From a virus (taxonomy: Duplodnaviria; Caudoviricetes), in IMG/VR virus record IMGVR_UViG_3300025674_000014: a DNA stretch of 64,000 bases. One strand, given 5' to 3'. Below, one piece after another: positions 27,138 to 35,188 of this stretch. Both the position numbers and the translations under genes were made by a program. Numbering within the stretch: the stretch's first letter is position 1; every line of letters begins with the position of its first letter. The notes below the pieces were generated by a model. That model saw nothing but the letters and a program-made list of their open reading frames with translations. It was not told the DNA's origin and searched no databases.

Positions 27138-27695
27138 GTGGCTAAGAAAAGTACAGATGATTTAGGTTTTGAAAAGGCTATACTTAAAGTATGTAGTTTA
27201 AGAGAAAAAAATCTTTATGGTCCTGCTTCTAAAGCCGCGGACGATCCTGAAACCGGTATTGTTATTAAACAAAAACCGGCCTTCTTTGTTATTAAGGACT
27301 GTGCTACTATTGCTAAACGATATATGTTTATCATGTGTTACGGTTCCTTAACTGATCCAATTGGGCAACTAAAAGGTAAAGTAAGTGTTGAGGATATTGA
27401 GAATTTTGTATCTAGAAGTCGTAATAAAGCTAATTATGAAACTCGTCAATTACTCAACCTTATTTTTTCTGATATTAATAGTTATATACCTGGTTTAAGA
27501 GAAACTGGTGCTGATGAGTTAGATATTAACTTTGATACTATTGATGAAGAAAATGTATACGGTGATTACGAAGATTTAGGTAATGAACGTATTAAAGAAA
27601 TGGAAAAACAACAGGAGATTCAAAAATCCAAAATCGATTTGAATAATGATCAAGCTGTTGTTGATAAATTAGTTGAAGTATTTGTACTAGACTAA
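27138..27695 (+). CDS. hypothetical protein
   Basis: GTG start 5 nt after TAAATA; acidic C-terminal half. Confidence 0.55.
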   Translation: MAKKSTDDLGFEKAILKVCSLREKNLYGPASKAADDPETGIVIKQKPAFFVIKDCATIAKRYMFIMCYGSLTDPIGQLKGKVSVEDIENFVSRSRNKANYETRQLLNLIFSDINSYIPGLRETGADELDINFDTIDEENVYGDYEDLGNERIKEMEKQQEIQKSKIDLNNDQAVVDKLVEVFVLD

Positions 27696-28129
27696 ACTTC
27701 TTCCTTATCTACATCGATAAGTTTATCAATTTTTGATACAAAATCTTTTCCAACAAGTACTGGGTACTCATTTTCTGATCTATCAGCTATAGAAAAAGGA
27801 ACGTCTTTATATTTTTTACCGTCAAATACAATATCGAATAAAACCACAGGTCTTTCTTCTTTATTACCTGAACCAATATGTATAACAACGGTATCTACTA
27901 CTTGCTTTTTAAGTTTTTTGTTGTTAACGGTACCTATAATAATATTATCACCGCGTTTACTTAATATATCACCGTGTAATACGTTATAAGCTCCATTACC
28001 TGAATCTACTTTAGCTTCAACATCACCTACTGAATCAATAGTAATAGGTTCAACTAAGCCGATAACATCATTATCGGCTATTTCGTTTAAAAAGTAGTTT
28101 CTATATATTGTATTAAACCCTTTATTCAT
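27692..28129 (-). CDS. retropepsin-like peptidase (RimK-associated/Zn_protease-like)
   Basis: AKVDSGNG (D-S/T-G), ERPVV, YPVLVGKDF; likely start 28129. Confidence 0.7.
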   Translation of the reverse strand: MNKGFNTIYRNYFLNEIADNDVIGLVEPITIDSVGDVEAKVDSGNGAYNVLHGDILSKRGDNIIIGTVNNKKLKKQVVDTVVIHIGSGNKEERPVVLFDIVFDGKKYKDVPFSIADRSENEYPVLVGKDFVSKIDKLIDVDKEEV

Positions 28130-28307
28130 CGTTTTTTCGTGACTCAAGAATATTTTTTCTTTCGTCTCTTGCTAGTTTAACTAAATCTGCTAAAGCTTTA
28201 CGTGCTCTAGTAGAAGCAGACTTATTATTCTTTTCAGTAAATAAGTCAATATTTTTAACATAAGATGCTACTAAGTCCAAAATTTCTTGTTTTTTAGATT
28301 CTGACAT
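28122..28307 (-). CDS. histone H1-like Hc1-family nucleoid protein
   Basis: NKSASTRARKAL.DL.KLA...RK pattern of the Hc1 N-terminal domain. Confidence 0.6.
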   Translation of the reverse strand: MSESKKQEILDLVASYVKNIDLFTEKNNKSASTRARKALADLVKLARDERKNILESRKNDE

Positions 28308-28366
28308 AATAATAATTATGGTTATGTTAATATTTATCTACGCAAGTTGATTAATATGGTATTTAT

Positions 28367-28372
28367 TAAATA
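28367..28372 (+). promoter_or_regulatory. gp55-type late promoter (outer membrane protein)
   Basis: TAAATA, ATG 8 nt later. Confidence 0.6.
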
Positions 28373-28380
28373 ATATGTAC

Positions 28381-29136
28381 ATGAAGAAACTTATTTTTTC
28401 TGTATTATTGGCTGCCGTTACTACTGCTGGTAACGCGCAGGTTAGTGTTGATGCAGGCTATACCTCTGATTTTACAATCGCTGGTACAGCAAGAGCAAAG
28501 GACACAGCTGTCATTGGAATCACGGGGGCAAAGGCTTTAGGAAAAGGATTTACTCTTTACGGGTTTAATTACTTCTTGCCAACAAATGACGGACGTTCTA
28601 AATCTTATACTGATCATCCAGGTTCGGGTCATCAGCATGTAGATGGTATTAAGAATGCTCTTGAAACTAGTAGTCAAAACCATTTTGGTGTTGGACTTGC
28701 TTATGACGTTAATTCACTCGGTGATTTTTCTTTCACCGCTGACGTTCAAGCTGTTTATCACTTGGTAAACGGTCCTCTTCAGGATTCTTTCCAGTATGGA
28801 ATTGGTGCAACATTTGATAGCCTTCCTTTAATTAGTAAGGTTGCAAGTGTTTCTGTTTACTACATGGAAGATATTGATCTTGAAATGGATGGTTTTCAGA
28901 TTGGTTTGAGTAGAGTCTTTGAAAACGTGTTAGTTGATAACGTTAATTTGACTCCTAAGGCCGGTGTCTATTTGTTTGATAGTTTTGATGCTTATTATGC
29001 TTCATTGAGAGCTGATTATACTAAGTATGCTATCAGACCTTATGTTCAGGTAAGTTATTTTGATAACGACTTGACTGGAGATCTTGCACTTGACAATGAT
29101 GTTCAGTATACGGTCGGTCTTAACTATTCCTTCTAA
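28381..29136 (+). CDS. outer membrane beta-barrel protein (TIGR02001/porin-like)
   Basis: Signal peptide MKKLIFSVLLAAVTTAGNA|Q; alternating amphipathic strands; C-terminal YTVGLNYSF BAM-type signal. Confidence 0.75.
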   Translation: MKKLIFSVLLAAVTTAGNAQVSVDAGYTSDFTIAGTARAKDTAVIGITGAKALGKGFTLYGFNYFLPTNDGRSKSYTDHPGSGHQHVDGIKNALETSSQNHFGVGLAYDVNSLGDFSFTADVQAVYHLVNGPLQDSFQYGIGATFDSLPLISKVASVSVYYMEDIDLEMDGFQIGLSRVFENVLVDNVNLTPKAGVYLFDSFDAYYASLRADYTKYAIRPYVQVSYFDNDLTGDLALDNDVQYTVGLNYSF

Positions 29137-29156
29137 ATTATTATCAATAAAAGCAC

Positions 29157-29182
29157 AAAGCCCGCTTCGGCGGGCTTTTTTT
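29157..29182 (+). terminator. rho-independent terminator (cUUCGg loop), between convergent genes
   Basis: aaagcccgc-ttcg-gcgggc-ttttttt. Confidence 0.92.
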
Positions 29183-30590
29183 ATGCATCTTCAAGCCAGT
29201 TAGCAGAAGCAAAGTATAACCCTGATCCTGAACCGCTCTTAAGAGGTGTAACAAAAATATGATATTCATCGGAATTACCTTGAATATCATGACCAAACGT
29301 AACAAAACTTTCTTTTAATGTAGCTAAATCAGCAGCGTTATCTTTAGATACAAAATACGTTGCAAGAACTTGACCACCACTTATGTAAGTAAATCCACTA
29401 CCACCTACACCGTAAGCTACAGCAGAATCTTGAATAGATTTTAATGTAAATGTACCGGTATATGAAGGGTTTCTAATTATTCTAATTCTAGTGTCAATAT
29501 TAGAATCAGTATTAAGAACACTAAAATCAGAAGGCGTAACAACAGCGTTTAATCTTGTAGATGATAAAGCTAACATCATGATAGAACATTCTGTTTTAAC
29601 TGGAATAGAAATTTCTACATTACTTGTTTCTAATGCAGTATCAATTGAACGTAGTGAACCTTGTTTACTAACACCGCCTTCAGAATTAACATTAGCACAA
29701 ATTTGTAATAATTGACCAGGTGTCGAACCGTTTTGTCTTATTTCAGCTCTAATAGGTAAGTTAGGATTTTGAATGAAAACAGAACTAATAGCATTAGCAT
29801 TAGTAACTTGATGACAATAGTAAGTTAACCCATCAACAACAAAACCATATCTAATTCTACCTACACCTAACCATTCAAAATCGATAGTAAATATCTGAGA
29901 TTTAGTAAAATCTAATGTTATACCGCTCGCTCCATTACCATCCATTGTATCGATGTTCCAACTACTTTGAGGTACGGTAATATCAGCAGCGTTACCATTA
30001 TAATTAGATACATTTACAGAAACAACATTATTACTATTTTTAAAATAAACACCATTATACTGATCGTAATCACCAGACGTGTTAGATTTGTATGCACCAT
30101 AAAGCATATCTATATCATTACCACCACTTAATATCCCTGTAAAAAGAAACTGTTGTGATTTGCCTGGTTGATACCCAAAACTTTGAAATGTTTGTCTTAT
30201 AGCATAATCACCGCTGTTTACGGTATACATTTTAGTACCGGAATCTCCAGAACTAAATTCACAAGCTCCTCCACCATTACCAAAATCATCGTATACAAAA
30301 TCTCTCTTACTGTATAACTGTTTTGCTGAAAATATTGCAGTAGGGTTACTAACTCTTAAACGACCAAAAGCATCTATAGCACCACCATCACCAAATGGTA
30401 CGGGGTTGGTTTGTGATTGACCTATATCGTATGTTAAAACTGCTGTTTTAGGAAAAACCTGCGTTTTACTACTTAAATCATTTTCCCAATAAGCAGTAAC
30501 TGGAGGAAAATTAGTATCATTAATTATTTCAACAAACTTTTGATATTCATAGGTTTGAAACCCACCGTTTAATACTGTTTTGAGTGACAT
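29181..30590 (-). CDS. putative virion structural protein
   Basis: DAFGRLRVS.P...F, IF.IDFEWLGVG.IR.G motifs typical of large aquatic phage structural proteins; last gene of late operon. Confidence 0.5.
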   Translation of the reverse strand: MSLKTVLNGGFQTYEYQKFVEIINDTNFPPVTAYWENDLSSKTQVFPKTAVLTYDIGQSQTNPVPFGDGGAIDAFGRLRVSNPTAIFSAKQLYSKRDFVYDDFGNGGGACEFSSGDSGTKMYTVNSGDYAIRQTFQSFGYQPGKSQQFLFTGILSGGNDIDMLYGAYKSNTSGDYDQYNGVYFKNSNNVVSVNVSNYNGNAADITVPQSSWNIDTMDGNGASGITLDFTKSQIFTIDFEWLGVGRIRYGFVVDGLTYYCHQVTNANAISSVFIQNPNLPIRAEIRQNGSTPGQLLQICANVNSEGGVSKQGSLRSIDTALETSNVEISIPVKTECSIMMLALSSTRLNAVVTPSDFSVLNTDSNIDTRIRIIRNPSYTGTFTLKSIQDSAVAYGVGGSGFTYISGGQVLATYFVSKDNAADLATLKESFVTFGHDIQGNSDEYHIFVTPLKSGSGSGLYFASANWLEDA

Positions 30591-30593
30591 ATA

Positions 30594-30851
30594 CTATTTC
30601 TTTTTCTTCCAATTAACTCTTTTAGAGCTTTTCTTTTGATACATTTTACCCTTTATACTTTTACATGCACTTTTAGTAGGTCTGCATGCAGGGTAGCTAC
30701 CACCTGACTTTTTAGATTTACGTCCACAAGGACCACCAGTTTTACAATTTACCCATCCAGAGAATTTCTTACCGGTTTTAGGGTCCTTACCACCTCTTTT
30801 AAACCATTGATGTAAATTATCTGAAGCTTCGTAAAACTGTTTAAAAGTCAT
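30594..30851 (-). CDS. small basic Cys-containing head protein
   Basis: MTFKQFYEA; LHQWF...WVNC..GGPCGR...YPACRP. Confidence 0.65.
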   Translation of the reverse strand: MTFKQFYEASDNLHQWFKRGGKDPKTGKKFSGWVNCKTGGPCGRKSKKSGGSYPACRPTKSACKSIKGKMYQKKSSKRVNWKKKK

Positions 30852-30949
30852 TTTCTCTTCTTACCTACACGCTTTTTGGTAACGGTTACTGTCTTGCGTG
30901 TACGAATTCCGTTTTTTGTACTCTCTTTTACTATTTGTCTTTTTCCCAT
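30848..30949 (-). CDS. 33-aa highly basic peptide (not in ORF track)
   Basis: MGKRQIVKESTKNGIRTRKTVTVTKKRVGKKRK; TAAATA 5 nt upstream; ATGA overlap with next gene. Confidence 0.65.
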   Translation of the reverse strand: MGKRQIVKESTKNGIRTRKTVTVTKKRVGKKRK

Positions 30950-30954
30950 ATTAT

Positions 30955-30960
30955 TATTTA
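30955..30960 (-). promoter_or_regulatory. gp55-type late promoter
   Basis: TAAATA, ATG 5 nt later. Confidence 0.7.
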
Positions 30961-31125
30961 CTATTTTTTATTTTTCTTCCAAATTTTACCTTTACGGCAT
31001 CTAACTATAGCGCCTGATTTATATGCAGATGTTTTCTTACCATATACTTTATCAGCACGTGATTTACAACGATCTTCTGATAGTAAGTTAAGTATATCTT
31101 CTATTTTTTTGTTAAAGTTATTCAT
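30961..31125 (-). CDS. 54-aa basic protein (not in ORF track)
   Basis: MNNFNKKIEDILNLLSEDRCKSRADKVYGKKTSAYKSGAIVRCRKGKIWKKNKK; TAATG overlap with upstream gene. Confidence 0.7.
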   Translation of the reverse strand: MNNFNKKIEDILNLLSEDRCKSRADKVYGKKTSAYKSGAIVRCRKGKIWKKNKK

Positions 31126-31427
31126 TACCAATTTTGACATGAAAGTTTCTTAGCTGTACCGGGTTTTGCAGAAGAACATTTGTGTCTTGCTCTAAAGCTT
31201 TTACGTCTTTTAGGATTACTCTTCTTAATGCGACTATTAGGGTCTCCGTAATGGACCCTTTTGTATCCCTTACCGGAAGGGTTCTTTACACACTTCATAT
31301 ACTTCTTACTTTTAAGGTAAGAGCTAGCTTGTTTAGTAGCTTTAGTGCAACGGCTACCTTTTTTCTCCATAATCTTAACCAATTCAAAGTCTTCGGTAAG
31401 AAAATCACACAATGCATCAAAATCCAT
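31125..31427 (-). CDS. small basic Cys-containing head protein
   Basis: VHYGDPN..IKKSNP.RRKSFRARHKC...SC.NW; TATAAATA promoter. Confidence 0.65.
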   Translation of the reverse strand: MDFDALCDFLTEDFELVKIMEKKGSRCTKATKQASSYLKSKKYMKCVKNPSGKGYKRVHYGDPNSRIKKSNPKRRKSFRARHKCSSAKPGTAKKLSCQNW

Positions 31428-31432
31428 ACAAT

Positions 31433-31444
31433 TATTTATAAATA
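31433..31444. promoter_or_regulatory. palindromic bidirectional late promoter TATTTATAAATA
   Basis: Full T4 consensus TATAAATA on both strands; ATG 5 nt away on each side (31427 and 31450). Confidence 0.85.
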
Positions 31445-31449
31445 TTAGT

Positions 31450-31977
31450 ATGAATAAAGACGAAAAGAGTTTACAAGAACTCTATGAAGCTACACTTTCA
31501 CCTCTTAACGGTGTAGGGTTAGGTCCTCAAGCTGAAGATTCAGCAGGTGGATTAGGAAGCCCTACTATGACCAAAATAGATGTTCAAGATGTTGAAACAC
31601 CTGAAGATGAAGAAAGGGAACAGATTGACGATCACGAGGTTGATATGGCTAAATCAGAGCTTTATAAATTAGCTGAATACGCCCCTAAGTTACTTGATCT
31701 AATTAAAAATTATGATGAATTAGAAGGATGGGTTCAAGCTAAACTTACCAAAGCAAGTGATTATGTTTCTGATATCTACCACTACCTTAAGTATGAAGAA
31801 GAAGCTAATGTACATAGTCATGAAGTTGATGAAGTGCCTCCTGCCCCTATGGGTGGTTGTGGTGGTCCTGCAGCAGTTGAAGTCGATATTGATGAACAAC
31901 CACCAGGTGAAATGGGTGATGAAGAGAAAAAGGGTGTAAACGACGAAGTTATTAAAATGTTAATGAGTCGTTTCTAA
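31450..31977 (+). CDS. acidic late protein (prohead core/internal protein-like)
   Basis: Start at 31450 (MNKDEKSLQELYEA) 5 nt after TATAAATA; MAKSEL...EGWVQAKLTKA.DY. Confidence 0.6.
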   Translation: MNKDEKSLQELYEATLSPLNGVGLGPQAEDSAGGLGSPTMTKIDVQDVETPEDEEREQIDDHEVDMAKSELYKLAEYAPKLLDLIKNYDELEGWVQAKLTKASDYVSDIYHYLKYEEEANVHSHEVDEVPPAPMGGCGGPAAVEVDIDEQPPGEMGDEEKKGVNDEVIKMLMSRF

Positions 31978-32585
31978 TCAGAAGGTAAGTTACTTAATTT
32001 ATCAAATACATAACCTACGAGGCTTTTATTGTTTCGTAGGTTTTCTGGTATATATGGTAACAAATTTTCGATCGAAAGGTTATCTAACAAGTCTCTGAAG
32101 TTGCTAGCACTAAATGCTCCAGATTCATCACCAACCACATCGGCGACATCTATATTAACTGTTACACCGGCGGGTAAACCTTTTAATATACCTGAATATC
32201 TAGCTTTATCATTTCCTTTACCACCAACACCAACTATAATTTGATCCCCTGGTAAAGCATCTTCTCTTACAAAGTCATAAACTTCACCTACTGCATTTTT
32301 AGCTGTGGTTACATTAACACCTCTTAACCCCATTTCAGCAACATAACGTCTTAAAATATCAGCTGCTACATCAGCTGGTACATATTTACCACCCGGGGTA
32401 TATCTTCTTGATTTAGGTGAAGGGTCGGTTACGATAACATTTACAATGCCATCTTGACCAACTTTATTTTTAAAGCTTTCAATTAACTTAAAATGACCAA
32501 GGTGAGGTGGTTTAAATGAACCAGGAAAAAGAACTATCTTTCTACCTGTTTGCTCTTTGATGAAAAACCACTTAAATGCTGTCAT
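31974..32585 (-). CDS. HIGH-superfamily nucleotidyltransferase (NadD/CoaD/cytidylyltransferase-like)
   Basis: FPGSFKPPHLGH, G..D..RY, SASNFR. Confidence 0.75.
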   Translation of the reverse strand: MTAFKWFFIKEQTGRKIVLFPGSFKPPHLGHFKLIESFKNKVGQDGIVNVIVTDPSPKSRRYTPGGKYVPADVAADILRRYVAEMGLRGVNVTTAKNAVGEVYDFVREDALPGDQIIVGVGGKGNDKARYSGILKGLPAGVTVNIDVADVVGDESGAFSASNFRDLLDNLSIENLLPYIPENLRNNKSLVGYVFDKLSNLPSD

Positions 32586-33921
32586 TTTTATTATTTAATG
32601 TTTTATACCATTCTATATAACATAGTTTAAAGTACTCTCTAAATTTTGTCAATAGATTTTCCATATAAGGTAACAAACAAACGTCTCCTTTATTATATGT
32701 TGATGGATCTACATTACAAGCTTTTTCAAATATACTATAGTCTACTTTTATATCTAAATTATCAACAAAGTCTTTTATTTTATCTCCAAATAAAATATCA
32801 AAAACAAAAAATTCAATATTATTAAATTTTTGAAGTAAAATAATGAAGAAATGGTATCTTATATTTTTTATTGTCTTGTCATAATCATTATGATCTAATT
32901 CAAAATATCTTTCATACCCTTCCTCAACTTGTTTCTTAATTAACTCGTCATCTGCATTAGTAAAAATGTTATCTTGAACTTGTATAATTTGTCTACAACC
33001 AAACATATCAACATTGTTATGTTCAATAAGATAATTATTAGCTCTTGTTACTTTTATACTCGGTAACCCAACAACACCAAACTCGGCATCTCTAATAGTG
33101 TTAAATACCAAACCATCCATTGATATACCAATACCTTTTTCACCTAATACTAAATCAGTTAAACTTTCATTACCATAAACTACATTTTTATAATGCACTT
33201 TTGTACTATCTTTTATAGCTCCAGTTACATTGTTTCTAATACTTGTATATAAGTTACCGTACCATATTAATTTACCGGGTTCAAAATTTGTTTTAAGTCT
33301 TTGTTCCCAAAGTTCGTCTGGTGAAGTATCTTTTATACTATAAAGTTTATGGAATGATTCACACATGAACCCTTGTTTACAAAATCTAAAATTTTTAAAT
33401 CGAGTTTCATCTTCTTCTTTAGGTGGTGTGTTATAACCAATAGAATGATAACATATGTTTTTATAATCTAATTCATCAACATAGAACCAATCTGGTTTAT
33501 CATGTATTTCACCGTAATAGAAGTTTTGCTCTTTTTGAAGATAAACAATTAAACGATCATCATAGTAACCTAACTCTTTTATGTCGTTTTCTATTTTAAA
33601 CTTACATTGTTTATGGTAGTTATTAACTAAACATTCTGGTATAATTAAAATACCGGGTTTTTGTTCTAAAAGATCTTTTTTAAGTAAGTCCCAATCTATC
33701 TCTACTATTTTACCTCCAAGATCAGGTGATATGTAACCACCCATACTATTTTCCCATAAGAAAGGACCGTCTTCATTAAGGAAGTAAATAAGATCGTAAT
33801 TGAATATAGTACAATCTGGTATAGGAATATAATCACCTAAACGTTGGTGATATTTTAAGAAGGACATAAAGTTACTTAACTGATTTGGCTTTAAATCCAG
33901 AACCACCTGGGTCCTTTTCAC
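32572..33921 (-). CDS. hypothetical protein
   Basis: 449 aa ORF; no recognised motif; true start uncertain (50-nt overlap upstream). Confidence 0.5.
   Translation of the reverse strand: MKRTQVVLDLKPNQLSNFMSFLKYHQRLGDYIPIPDCTIFNYDLIYFLNEDGPFLWENSMGGYISPDLGGKIVEIDWDLLKKDLLEQKPGILIIPECLVNNYHKQCKFKIENDIKELGYYDDRLIVYLQKEQNFYYGEIHDKPDWFYVDELDYKNICYHSIGYNTPPKEEDETRFKNFRFCKQGFMCESFHKLYSIKDTSPDELWEQRLKTNFEPGKLIWYGNLYTSIRNNVTGAIKDSTKVHYKNVVYGNESLTDLVLGEKGIGISMDGLVFNTIRDAEFGVVGLPSIKVTRANNYLIEHNNVDMFGCRQIIQVQDNIFTNADDELIKKQVEEGYERYFELDHNDYDKTIKNIRYHFFIILLQKFNNIEFFVFDILFGDKIKDFVDNLDIKVDYSIFEKACNVDPSTYNKGDVCLLPYMENLLTKFREYFKLCYIEWYKTLNNKNDSI
32592..32597 (-). promoter_or_regulatory. gp55-type late promoter (HIGH nucleotidyltransferase)
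   Basis: TAAATA, ATG 6 nt later. Confidence 0.65.
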
Positions 33922-35188
33922 TTCTAGGGTTGGTAAAATATGATGAAAAACTCATACCACCGTTACCGAAGTTAGCAGCAGGAGCAGATTGATCTTCTTC
34001 ATCAGAAACTTTAGGTCTATTAGAAGCTAATTTACCACCCATACCACTAAGAATAAAATCGCCGGTGATTTTAATAGAATTAGGATTACCTAACTCATCT
34101 TTACCGTATACGGTATCGGTTAAAACTATACCTTCATGTTTGTCGGCATCACCATAATTATCAGTTTTATAATTTCGTAAAATTTCTTGACCTAATTCCT
34201 TAGTAATATGATAAGTTAAAGCCCCTGCAACTGCAGTATTAATATCTTCTTTTTTAAATACACTATCTAAAGGTGTACCATTAAGTACGGTAAGATAAAC
34301 ATCTTTACTGACAGCACCTCTATCTTTACCGTCTAAAGTTTTAACTCTAATTTTTTTAGGTATACCTTCCCCAACTTCTTTAATCCAAGTTTTAAGAGGT
34401 TTGATTACTCTTTCATTATTATCAAACTGTACTGTAAATGGTTTGTTTAAAACACTATCAAAATTAGGTACACCTTTTTTAGTAACATATATACCGGTAA
34501 TAACTTCAAACCCATACTGATTAGCTATTTTATTAACCTTTTCTCTTAAACTATTTAAAGCTTCATTATCATAGTTAATAACTCTAGATGTTTCCTTTAC
34601 ATTAGGTTTAGGTTTTAAACCAGGTCTTGTTAATTCACCTTTTCTATTTCGTTTTTCAACAAACTGATTAACGCTATGAAAAGCTATTATCTTTTTATCG
34701 CCATAATCTATAACATTTTCTTGACCGTCAATGTATTCGGTGTTTAAAAATTTTGTTGGGTCATTCCACATACCTAATTTTTCTAAATCATTTTTAATAA
34801 GTGGAATTGATTTATCCATAATAGTAAGAATTGTTTTACCTTTATCGATTAATCCATGACCCTCAGGAAAACGAGATGTAAGTCCATCTAATGTAATACC
34901 ATGTACATCTTCTACTTTTTGAGAACCTCTATCTAAAGCAAATTGTCTTTTAAATGTTTCATTACGTTCATCATTAACAACCTTTAAACTTAAATTAACA
35001 CCATCCAGTTTAACCGTAGCTGTACCTTTGTTAAGAATATCAACGCTGTTATATAACACATCTACTAAATCATCGACAGTGTTTACTTCAGGTAAGTCAA
35101 AAGGGTGATACATATGACCAGCAGCACCGCCTTCATTAAGAACGGTGTTGTTGTATGCTTCAAAAATTAGTTCTTGTTCAAATTTCAT
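33872..35188 (-). CDS. RNA ligase-like covalent nucleotidyltransferase (DUF6267-like)
   Basis: EGGAAGHM.HP; motif I KLDG, III LNTEY, IIIa IAFH, IV EGIVL, V IKITG. Confidence 0.65.
   Translation of the reverse strand: MKFEQELIFEAYNNTVLNEGGAAGHMYHPFDLPEVNTVDDLVDVLYNSVDILNKGTATVKLDGVNLSLKVVNDERNETFKRQFALDRGSQKVEDVHGITLDGLTSRFPEGHGLIDKGKTILTIMDKSIPLIKNDLEKLGMWNDPTKFLNTEYIDGQENVIDYGDKKIIAFHSVNQFVEKRNRKGELTRPGLKPKPNVKETSRVINYDNEALNSLREKVNKIANQYGFEVITGIYVTKKGVPNFDSVLNKPFTVQFDNNERVIKPLKTWIKEVGEGIPKKIRVKTLDGKDRGAVSKDVYLTVLNGTPLDSVFKKEDINTAVAGALTYHITKELGQEILRNYKTDNYGDADKHEGIVLTDTVYGKDELGNPNSIKITGDFILSGMGGKLASNRPKVSDEEDQSAPAANFGNGGMSFSSYFTNPRSEKDPGGSGFKAKSVK

Noticed and set aside
31345-31449. N-terminal extension of ORF 31345..31977
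   Set aside because: It overlaps the opposite-strand gene 31125..31427; ATG 31450 sits 5 nt after TATAAATA and gives the shared propeptide pattern.
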